A DNA stretch of 64,000 nucleotides from Octopus bimaculoides. Lineage: Eukaryota. The stretch spans positions 39,108,151 through 39,172,150 of the forward strand of contig NC_068995.1 of NCBI RefSeq assembly GCF_001194135.2. The letters run 5' to 3'. The notes under the pieces are model-generated. The model saw only the letters and a program-made list of their open reading frames with translations, did not search any database and was not told where the DNA came from. This document shows, piece after piece, positions 53,143-64,000 of the stretch. Made by a program: the position numbers and the translations under genes. Numbering within the stretch: position 1 is the stretch's first letter; every line of letters starts with the position of its first letter.

Positions 53143-55165
53143 ATGGAAAGAAAAAAACGCAAATAGCTAAATCTGCTAAATCTAGTGTAGTTGAACATTT
53201 TACTATCACTGAAGATAAAAAATATTTTGAGTGTCAATGTATGGTTGATGGAGAAGATAGTGATAATGATGATACTGGAAAAGTTTGTAACAGCAAAGTA
53301 AGTGCTTATAGAGATTCAAATAAAAACGCTCCTTCAAGACCAATTAATTTAAAAAAAAAAACATTTAGAGCGCTTCACTCCAAAAGTCTTAGAAAAAGTA
53401 AATGAAAAGGATAAAACAAGCGTAAATGGTCCACGTGCACAAGGAGCAAAGGCTGGCACTTCAACATCACTTACTGGAATATCAACTGCAAATCAAACAA
53501 GTGTTACAATGTTCTTTACTTCTGACAAAATAACGATAAGAATGACTGCAGAAACATTTACGAAGTATCTTATTGAATTAGTTGTACAAAATACCATGTC
53601 TCTTAGTTTATTTTTACAGCCAGCATTTCTTCAACTCAGTGGTGAAATGGCTAGAATGTTTGATGTTTCATCAGACAGGCAAAGTATCAGAAAACTTGTT
53701 GTTAACGAAGCAACTGCAAAAAGCGAAGAATTGCAGAAAAATCTCCAGGGCTGGTACATGTTTTTGAAAATGAGGCAGCTACAAGGCACAGAGTGAATTA
53801 TTTTGGAATAAATGTAAGATTTGTTAACGATGATGGTAAGACTGTGACAAAGACACTGGATGTTAAAGGCATCAAAGCAAGTCATGATGGTAATTACCTT
53901 CAGTCCTTTCCTTGATAGAATATGTTATGAAAGAATATCAAATTCAAAAGAAAGAGGTTATCTGCTTTGTCACGGATAATGCATCAAATATTAAGAAATT
54001 GCTGATCATGAAAGAACTACTGTAAATCTCGAAGAAGAAGAAATAAAAGAACTATCAGAGGAATCGGATAACACTCTTGATGTTGCTCTCTCACTTGCTG
54101 AAGAGGCTTCAAAAAGTTGCCAAATACGGCACATTCGCTGTGCAGTGCACATCTTACAAATTGCTATAATGGATTGTTTCAAAGATCTGCATGAAGCAAC
54201 TGTGATTAGTAAATTAAGGCAAGTAGCGATAGCTGCAAGAACACACAAGATTGATGCTATAATCAGAAGACGAGCTGGAAAAGGAGCCATACTTGATCAA
54301 GAAACCCGCTGGGGTAGTACTTATATGATAGTAAAAGGTAGATTGAATTAAAAGCTGACCTGGAGGATATTGATAACCCTGCAATATCATTGAGTGACAT
54401 ACAATGGAACTAGGCAACTGAATTAGAGGTAGAAAAACCTCTTGTTCTTCCATATGCCGTTATCAAGAATCTACAAGCTGTAGATTTCACTGCAATACAG
54501 TAACTGTGGGAATGGGAAAATTTGATATTCAAGCATAGTAGAATAGGAGGCTTAATTGCTTATAGGATAGTAACTTCTATGAAAAGAAGAGAAGCTCAAT
54601 TGACAGAAAATGAGATATTGCTGTCTACAGTGTTCGTTGATCCAAATTCTGTTACATGACAATCAAATTACTAAAGCAAAGGAAACTCTCTGCAATGCTG
54701 CTATAGAAATAAAGGGACTATCACCCATCTTGTCAGAAATGCAAAATCCAGACATTCACAATATTTCAATGGAGTCCGAGTCTCAGTCATCATCTTCCAA
54801 TGACGGTGAGAATTTTGGTAAGTATCTAGAAAGACTGGCAAAAGAAAAAGCGAAGACCAAAAACAAAAAAAAAAACCTTTGGATAGAAATGAACCTGTCA
54901 ATATTAAGTTTTAAAATTCAAAGAAGAATTCCATACAGCACTGAAAGAGATAGAGAAATATATCCGTTCATGTGCAACACCACTGATAGAACTTACTCAA
55001 AGTTACTCTAAAATCGTCAGAGAAGCAGCTAGCACGGTGACAGCTATTCTTCCTGCTCGAGTTAGTGTGGGAAGACTTTTCTCTGCTCTAAAACATGTCA
55101 AGTCAGATCTCAGAGCTTCATTAAAGGAAAATGTTGCTGATGCTATTTTATTTCTTAGGACTTGA
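53143..55165 (+). pseudogene. hAT transposase pseudogene (BED-like N-terminus, catalytic core, hATC dimerisation domain)
   Basis: FVTDNASNI, HIRCAVHILQ, DQETRWGSTY and SVGRLFSALK...DAILFLRT*; multiple frameshifts and stops. Confidence 0.9.
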
Positions 55166-55613
55166 AATTAAATTTATGATTTCTCTGAATTGTTCAGTTT
55201 TATGCCAAAGGATGTTTTAATGTTTAAAATAAACTTACTTTTATTTCTATTTTATTTACATTTATGCTATAGGAATTATGAAAGATTTATAAGAGCTTTT
55301 GTTACAAATACGCATTGGCTTTTTCTTTCAATAAAATAGCATTAAAAATTCAATCTTTCAAGCGATCCTCATTATATACTTGGTAGTGATGAAATGCCAT
55401 TTTGGTTCATGACTGAATTGAACGATGATATTAGAATATTTCCTAACCACCCTCATGCAGACAGTATAGTAATACTATTTTGCTGTATTTTTTATGTGAT
55501 TTATGCGATTTCATGCTCGTAGGCGCTCCCCAGCTTAAGAATAAGTATATTTTCTACTATAATTAATTAATAGGATTTGGAGTCGCAGGTTTCGGCTACC
55601 GATTCAACAGCCC

Positions 55614-55651
<38 letters not shown>

Positions 55652-55974
55652 GAGAGGGGGAGATGGGGATAAAGGGGGAGAAAAACAGAGATATATAGAG
55701 AGAGAGGAGAGAGAAAGAGAGAGAAACTATGTGTACCTAATTAGAGTCTTAGAAAAGCGCATGAAACAAATAATTATTACAAGTTTCTACAATAGTCTTT
55801 TCCATTTCCTCAGAAGCTCAAATCAACTAATCAAAAGAGAATAAAATTGTAACCTTCCAAGGCCAAATTAAAATTTTTTGTTTACGTTCGTTTTTGCCTT
55901 TAGCCTACGAATCAGCTCTAAATTGATCACTAATGAAATCCAAGCGTAATGTATTCATGTTTTATCTTTGAATT

Positions 55975-56165
55975 GTTTCATTTTATTAGACTACGACCAT
56001 GCTGGGGCACCTCCTTGAAGAATTTTAATCGATTGAATAGACCTCAGTACTTCTATTTTTCAAGTTCTGGTACTTATTCTATCGGTCACTTTTGCCGAAC
56101 CGCTACCTTACGGGGACTAAACACATCACCATCGGTTGTCAAGTGATGGCGGGGACAAACACAAA
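55975..56165 (-). mobile_element. SINE family D
   Basis: Plus strand cgaccatgctggggcacctccttgaag...ggtacttattctatcgg...ggggacaaacacaaacac. Confidence 0.7.
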
Positions 56166-57399
56166 CACAGAATATATATATTCTGAGCCCAAGACCATGT
56201 GTTTCGAAAGCAAGTTTATTACCATAGAGTCTGCGCCAATAACTGTATATCTACAAATAGCTTTATCCAATGTGACCTTATTTTCAATACGGTAGTGTAT
56301 GACTTGTGGTGAAATATGTTTGCTGATTTAAGGCAACAGCGTTAACAGAACAAACAGTAAGTATTAAAAGTGTGAGCGACGCAACATACAGATTAAACTA
56401 ACGATGACCTCGTTTTATTATTATCTCTTGAGAAACATGTTATTATTGCGAGCCATTTTATTGTTTTTTTCTCGAGAGCCATTTTCCTTTACGTCCATCA
56501 TTAAGTTTGAAATCAAATTATGAGATATGATTTGTTCCTACATCCCATCAACCTTCCTGCAAACCATAAATTTCTTTCAGCAAACACAACAGTATACTAT
56601 ATTATTAGAAATGTTAACGTTGTTAGGCTTCGTTAATTATATTTTTGACAAATTGATGCGCAAATCCATTCGGGAATGGGTACACGAATTTCGTGTTAGC
56701 TTTTCTTAATTTCTGTATCTTAGTCAGTTATAATGGATTCGTTTGCAGAAAGCGTGTTGGACTAACTTCATTACGTATGGATTCAAAGCGTGAAGAAATG
56801 TGTAATGGTAGCTAATGAATTGTAACTATGATAAGGACAAATATATACGCATATGATGTCAAACACATAAACACATGATATACGACAGAAAATATATAAT
56901 ACAGATACATACACGTATATATGGGTACATTTCACATACAAACATGCAAAAATGATCACGCTCACCTAAACGTACACACACACATGCATATGAATACGTA
57001 TATATCTTTTATCATTTATATTTTGTTTGTTAAGCCTTTGGACTGTGGTCATGCTTGGGCTCTGCCTTCAAGGATTTAGTGGAATAAATCGAAACTAGTA
57101 CTTTTACATCTTATTTAAACCCTGGTTCTAAGACTATCGTTCTATTTAGCTGAAACGCTAAACTACAAGCTAATACCAATTTTCAAGTAATGGGGAGAGG
57201 GAAACACGAACACAAAGAAACATACACGCAAGCACAGACGCACACGCATATATATGACATGTTTCTTTCATTATCTTTCTGACTTATCTACTCATAGGAA
57301 TCTGTGCGTTTGTGTGTAGGTATATGCGTGTGTGTGTGAGCGTGTGTGTGTATGTGCGTGTGCATGTGAGAGTGTATGCATGTATGTATGTACGTGTGT

Positions 57400-57570
57400 G
57401 TAGGTGTGGCAATAGAGTAGGAAGCTTCCTTGTCAAACACATGGTCCTGGGTTCAATCTCACTGCGTGTCACCTTGGGCAAGTGTTTTCTGCTACAGACT
57501 CGGGACGACCACAGCATCATGAGTGGGTTTGGTAGAGGAAAAATAAAGAAACCCGTCGTGTGTGTATATN
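57400..57570 (+). mobile_element. SINE family C
   Basis: ggtgtggc...cacatggtcctgggttcaatctcactgcgtgtcaccttgggcaagtg. Confidence 0.75.
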
Positions 57571-57636
57571 NNNNNNNNNNNNNNNNNNNNNNNNNNNNNN
57601 NNNNNNNNNNNNNNNNNNNNNNNNNNNNNNNNNNNN

Positions 57637-57679
<43 letters not shown>

Positions 57680-57779
57680 TACTTGTGTGTGTCTTTCAGC
57701 TTATTTTTGTCCCCTCATCACCGCTTAACCATTAAGCATTAAGTATTAAGATTGTAGCTTAATTCCATTGTTTACAGTA

Positions 57780-58305
57780 GTGCTTGGAAGTAACGCGTTT
57801 AACGTTTGATCGTCGCATGGACACTGACGGACAAAGTTGACCAGAGAATGTCCATCAAATTTTGCCAAAAGCTTGATGGTACTTCCTCAGAGGCCTACCC
57901 AAAGTTTTCAAAAAGACTTCATCCTTCTCGACACAATCAAGGAGTTCTTGTGCAACTGAAACCAGAGTGCATATTTGGTAAGCTGAAAGTTTTGGCACAA
58001 ACTTGGCAGAGGCGGGTCTCATGCCTAAATTGTCTAAGATAATAGACTGAACTGAACTGTAAATAATCTGCACATCCTCTGATAATTCACGGATGGAGAA
58101 TCGACTATTTTCCCTGACAGATGCACGCAAATCTGCGATGTTTCTCAGTTCTCCTGGTTGCAGGTCTCCCAGAATGTTCGTCACTAACGACACTTTTCTG
58201 GCCATCTTGGAAAAGTCTGGACCTTGTATGCGACTCATACACTCCTCTCCATACACTTTCTGCAAATTTGTGTAGGTCTCTAAGCAAGTATTGCCATGAC
58301 AGTGT
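57780..58305. mobile_element. Two mariner N-terminal fragments in opposite orientation
   Basis: Plus strand DQRMSIKFCQKLDGTSSEAY (57.8-57.9 kb). Minus strand LQKVYGEECMSR...IRELSEDV...LGMRPASAKFVPKL (58.3-57.9 kb). Confidence 0.8.
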
Positions 58306-58597
58306 TTTTTTTTCCAATTATGATCAATGCGATTATCACGATCAATATAAATGAAGATATTCCCTCCGTCTCGTTGTTTTTCTCTCTCAAAAATGGAAAG
58401 TTACATTGTGAAACTGTTCGTTTTAACGAGTTGCATTTATATATTTATCACCTGAGGAGATACCTCTGCACTACCGGATGCTCCTGAACCAACTGTTGAG
58501 TGTTCCACCCAAGAAGGATCGATGCTAGATGTGTCGAAACGATTGTGATTAATAATACATTCCCGTATATTCCATCCTCTGTCTTTCATTTGTTATA

Positions 58598-58687
<90 letters not shown>

Positions 58688-59057
58688 NNNNNNNNNNNNN
58701 NNNNNNNNNNNNNNNNNNNNNNNNNNNNNNNNNNNNNNNNNNNNNNNNNNNNNNNNNNNNNNNNNNNNNNNNNNNNNNNNNNNNNNNNNNNNNNNNNNNN
58801 NNNNNNNNNNNNNNNNNNNNNNNNNNNNNNNNNNNNNNNNNNNNNNNNNNNNNNNNNNNNNNNNNNNNNNNNNNNNNNNNNNNNNNNNNNNNNNNNNNNN
58901 NNNNNNNNNNNNNNNNNNNNNNNNNNNNNNNNNNNNNNNNNNNNNNNNNNNNNNNNNNNNNNNNNNNNNNNNNNNNNNNNNNNNNNNNNNNNNNNNNNNN
59001 NNNNNNNNNNNNNNNNNNNNNNNNNNNNNNNNNNNNNNNNNNNNNNNNNNNNNNNNN

Positions 59058-59109
<52 letters not shown>

Positions 59110-59205
59110 TCATACATATACACACACACATACACACACACATATATCTATATCTATCTATATATATATATATATATACATACATACATATATATACATG
59201 TATAT

Positions 59206-59245
<40 letters not shown>

Positions 59246-59409
59246 CGATATACGCATTTGAAACATTAAATTCACGTGACTATCTGGAAATAATAGGGAA
59301 TATATTCCCATTACATGGCATGATGCTGTGAATTGGTCAGAGAGATTGGTCCATAGACTTGTATTAAAATCACGCTTTAAACTGAAATATGTTAAACATT
59401 GTAGCTCTA

Positions 59410-59607
59410 GTGTCTGGGGAGAGTCATTTTCTTTCTGTGCCTTATCATTTAACACACCGGAAAAATCCACTTATTTCTTGCAACATTTTCAATAGTTAAG
59501 ACGTAAAGAAAATTTTAGGAAAATAAAAAATGTGGAATAAGTGGAAATTTTACCGAGGTGTGTGATAAATTATAAGGCACAAAAATAAAATGACAATCCC
59601 CAGACAC
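59410..59607. mobile_element. ~200-bp palindromic MITE
   Basis: The arm gtgtctggggagagtcattttctttctgtgccttatcatttaacacacc..aaaatccacttatt matches the reverse complement of the right end (~70 bp); flanked by ta and aa. Confidence 0.8.
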
Positions 59608-59835
59608 AACAGAATTTGCTTCAACACACGAACTGAAATAAAGAATCTTGCAAACCAAATCCCAAAACGAAATGTTGTTTTCTGTAGTTACGCTGTTCGT
59701 CTTCTATTAGATCATGTCAATGAAGTTATGTTTATAGCAAGATCTGCAGTATCATGCCTTCTACTGGCATGTATACATTTAGTATGATACACGAACGAAG
59801 ATATATGCGCCTGTGTGTGTGTGAGATATATGGGC

Positions 59836-59870
<35 letters not shown>

Positions 59871-60020
59871 TGTGTCTGTGCGTGCGTGTGTGTGTGTGTG
59901 CTTGAGTGAGTGTGTGTGAGATCGCGCGTGCGCGTATCAATGAATTGAATAGATTCATAGAAATACAAACACAGACTGATGGATATATATAGTTATATAG
60001 ATAGATAGATAAATAAATAA

Positions 60021-60063
<43 letters not shown>

Positions 60064-60064
60064 C

Positions 60065-60102
<38 letters not shown>

Positions 60103-61519
60103 NNNNNNNNNNNNNNNNNNNNNNNNNNNNNNNNNNNNNNNNNNNNNNNNNNNNNNNNNNNNNNNNNNNNNNNNNNNNNNNNNNNNNNNNNNNNNNNNNN
60201 NNNNNNNNNNNNNNNNNNNNNNNNNNNNNNNNNNNNNNNNNNNNNNNNNNNNNNNNNNNNNNNNNNNNNNNNNNNNNNNNNNNNNNNNNNNNNNNNNNNN
60301 NNNNNNNNNNNNNNNNNNNNNNNNNNNNNNNNNNNNTATATATATATATAATTAATAAGTCTTAGGGTAGCAAAATATTAAGAAATTTAATTTAATTTCC
60401 TACCAGTGGTGTAGCGAGAAAAAAATTAGTCAACAGACTATATTATTCATGTAAAATACAGTGTACATCTAATACACATTAGAGATGCCCAGAAAAGATA
60501 CCCGTACATACATATATACATATACATATATACATATATATATACATATATACATATATATATACATATATACATATACATATATATATACATATATACA
60601 TATACATACATATATATACATATATACATATGCATATACATATGCATATATACATACATATATATATACATATATGCATACATATATAACTATATACTTA
60701 CCTATCGCTGTTGTTTATTGCATTATTCCTGTATATATTTGTTTCCATCAGTTTTATGAAATACATCAAAGTACAAATAAAGACACAAACACTGACATGA
60801 ATAGAGAGAATGCTACTGTCGAATAGTTACAGCGTATGAGAACGTGATAGGGGAAATTTACGTGAAAAACAAAGAGATAGTGATGAACGTGAGAAAATGA
60901 GAACAGAATTATAGAAAATCACCTTTGAGGAACAAAGCTATCAAGTGCACATGACACACACTCCAATGCTACATATAATAAATGATTATTTTATAATACA
61001 TAGACTCGCTTCTTCTACCTGAAGGCTTTTATTTGTAATTGCTGGCAAGATTGTGAGGATATGAGTGTAAATCTTCCTCCTTTTCTGGATGTATATACGT
61101 ACACATCTGCAACGTTTTATAGCATAATATATGCGTGTTTAATATTGCTAAGGTATTTCTAAGAAGTTCTTGGCAGTTATTATTTGGTTCTCTGAATACT
61201 ATTATTATATTATATATTGCAAAGTATGAAAAAGAAGAAAAAAACATTCTGCTAGGACACATAGGCAATCATTCATATACAAATGAGATTGTCTTGGCCG
61301 GAACAAAGTTTGCAATGAGGTCTTTTCAATGTATATAATCGCTGCTGAAGTGCATTGGAGTCAATCATTTACCGAACCACATACAATTATGGAACGCCTG
61401 AGTTTAACTTTTTGCTCTAGATTTACTAACCGTCAAAACCTGAGATAATTGGTGTATGTCTTGTTTGTGTGCGGAGTCTAAATTTATAACTGAAATGAGC
61501 CGACAACAATAATAATAAT

Positions 61520-61735
61520 CATTTCTATTAAGGACACAAGGCCTTAATTTTTTTGGGAGTAGACTTGTCGATTACATCGACCTCAGTGTTTTACTGGTAC
61601 TTAATTTTCGTCCCGAAAATGATAAAAATGCAAAGTGGACATTGGCGGAATTTGAACTCAGAACAAAGATGGGCGAAATGCCGCTAAGCATTTTGCCTGG
61701 CGTGTTAACGATTCTGCCAGTTCGCCGAATTAACA
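61520..61735 (-). mobile_element. SINE family A
   Basis: cacaaggcc...gatttgaactcag-like core...gattctgccagttcgccg. Confidence 0.8.
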
Positions 61736-64000
61736 ATCAGAATAATAATAATGATAATAATAATTATTATATTACTGAAGCAAGAAAACCCCATACGATT
61801 ATAGATGAGGAAAGAAACAGACACGGTCAAATCACAGACGTATGATAACAGAGTGTATACCAAAAAGGTTGAGAATTATTGGCACCTAGAGAGAGAGAGA
61901 TGAAGAAGTTTTAGTGACGAAGGAAACAATTATTCCCGTGATGATTAGTGAGTTGTCGCAACACCCAAACTCCTACCAAAGAGACAAAATGATATTGGAA
62001 TTATCACTCGCATTGTCGAACTGCCGAAGAGTGCGAGAATCCGAAGATAGTTTCCTAAGATAGTTTCCTGAGATTTGAAGAGACGCCTTCACACTAAACC
62101 TCAAGATAACGTCCCTGTTAATTAAGTTAACATGGAAACATAAAAGAAAAAATAGTAACTTGAATACTGGCATGACAACGTACTGTAATATGTTTAGTAT
62201 GTAACATATTGAAAAGTTAAGACGTTATCCGCTCACTTCAAAAACTCATGCTATTAACGGCATATAAGTAGCAAGGGATCGAGAAAAAAACAAATGATCA
62301 AAGAATAGACAAGTGGATGACATGATTAAATTTCTTGCTGCGATGTCAGTAGGCAGTATCTCGATAGTAAAAACCATTTAATCTCTTATATCTGATTTCT
62401 AACAATGAACCGAGCTAAGGCTAATTATGAGATAATATATATATATATATATATANNNNNNNNNNNNNNNNNNNNNNNNNNNNNNNNNNNNNNNNNNNNN
62501 NNNNNNNNNNNNNNNNNNNNNNNNNNNNNNNNNNNNNNNNNNNNNNNNNNNNNNNNNNNNNNNNNNNNNNNNNNNNNNNNNNNNNNNNNNNNNNNNNNNN
62601 NNNNNNNNNNNNNNNNNNNNNNNNNNNNNNNNNNNNNNNNNNNNNNNNNNNNNNNNNNNNNNNNNNNNNNNNNNNNNNNNNNNNNNNNNNNNNNNNNNNN
62701 NNNNNNNNNNNNNNNNNNNNNNNNNNNNNNNNNNNNNNNNNNNNNNNNNNNNNNNNNNNNNNNNNNNNNNNNNNNNNNNNNNNNNNNNNNNNNNNNNNNN
62801 NNNNNNNNNNNNNNNNNNNNNNNNNNNNNNNNNNNNNNNNNNNNNNNNNNNNNNNNNNNNNNNNNNNNNNNNNNNNNNNNNNNNNNNNNNNNNNNNNNNN
62901 NNNNNNNNNNNNNNNNNNNNNNNNNNNNNNNNNNNNNNNNNNNNNNNNNNNNNNNNNNNNNNNNNNNNNNNNNNNNNNNNNNNNNNNNNNNNNNNNNNNN
63001 NNNNNNNNNNNNNNNNNNNNNNNNNNNNNNNNNNNNNNNNNNNNNNNNNNNNNNNNNNNNNNNNNNNNNNNNNNNNNNNNNNNNNNNNNNNNNNNNNNNN
63101 NNNNNNNNNNNNNNNNNNNNNNNNNNNNNNNNNNNNNNNNNNNNNNNNNNNNNNNNNNNNNNNNNNNNNNNNNNNNNNNNNNNNNNNNNNNNNNNNNNNN
63201 NNNNNNNNNNNNNNNNNNNNNNNNNNNNNNNNNNNNNNNNNNNNNNNNNNNNNNNNNNNNNNNNNNNNNNNNNNNNNNNNNNNNNNNNNNNNNNNNNNNN
63301 NNNNNNNNNNNNNNNNNNNNNNNNNNNNNNNNNNNNNNNNNNNNNNNNNNNNNNNNNNNNNNNNNNNNNNNNNNNNNNNNNNNNNNNNNNNNNNNNNNAT
63401 ATATATATATATATAGGATGCCAGATGTATTTGTGTCCACTTAATTATCAGGATATTATCCTCTTCAAACCAATTAAAACATTTTTGTTTCTTTCAGACC
63501 CCACAATGCCAAATCAAACATTAACGAAAGATTAACATTATAATCATTTGGAACACAGTTATATAGAAATTAACATTTATCTAAATGATGCAAAATTTAT
63601 TGCACGAATATTTTTGAATGGATTAGTAGCCTTTGCTGCTAATGCATGACCTATTTTAAAGAGAAGATATATTCTCCATGTTCGAAAAGTGTAAGGACGT
63701 TAAAATTCATTCAACGGGTGCAAAACATTGGTGGTGATGATCTCTGAAAAATAATGAGCGCCATTTCCAGAGAACTTCGGGTGTTGGATTGGACTACCAG
63801 CCCTGTGTTGCACAAGGACTTTTGATATAAGTCGTATGTACTGAAGACAAATCAATTCATGCGTGAATCTGTTATATACGTGTCAAGAAGTTATTTATCA
63901 AATAGAAAAACTTTCAAGGACATGGTTTTCTTTGGTACTACTCTGATCACAAAATCTTCGACCAATACTAAAAGTCTGACAGAAGAAATAACATGTGGTT

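Larger units (their letters stand above)
51116..55615 (+). mobile_element. Full-length hAT DNA transposon (inactive)
   Basis: TIRs cagggctctggagtcgg and the reverse complement cagggctgttgaatcgg (14/17); ggagtcg subterminal motifs; 8-bp TSD tatgtata/tacatata. Confidence 0.9.

Noticed and set aside
58440-58490. Minus-strand EHPVVQRYLLR as the next upstream ECT2L exon (cf. EVNRYLIR)
   Set aside because: It is immediately followed by TGA TAA, and the required downstream residues and a phase-2 donor are absent.
63600-64000. Coding-like unique DNA at the window end
   Set aside because: No match to recalled ECT2L sequence in the minus frames I read, and no recognisable motif.

Overview
AT-rich animal genomic DNA, dominated by repeats and microsatellites, with many N gaps usually flanked by (TA)n. 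The SINE and microsatellite landscape suggests an octopus; this is an inference from memory, not a search. The only host gene I can support is on the minus strand. It consists of the last two coding exons (50465-50293 and 32338-32211) of an ECT2L-like RhoGEF PH domain, joined in frame across an ~18 kb intron; upstream exons were not found in the window. Everything else recognisable is transposon debris: five R4/Dong-type RLE non-LTR retrotransposon fragments, several next to (TAA)n tracts; a Helitron interrupted by a SINE; three mariner fossils and one maT-like fossil; a 4.5 kb hAT with a Merlin (IS1595-like) element nested in it; Penelope-like fragments; Tx1/L1-like fragments; a MITE; and many tRNA-derived SINEs. 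The most interesting signals are minimal hammerhead-ribozyme motifs with a non-canonical CCGA core in Penelope-like termini, the Merlin-in-hAT nest, the R4/Dong cluster in TAA microsatellites, and a tRNA-Asp-derived mini-SINE with a GAC anticodon. I see no convincing evidence of a wholly new multi-gene system. Family assignments come from motif recognition by eye, and boundaries not fixed by TIRs, TSDs or splice sites are approximate.
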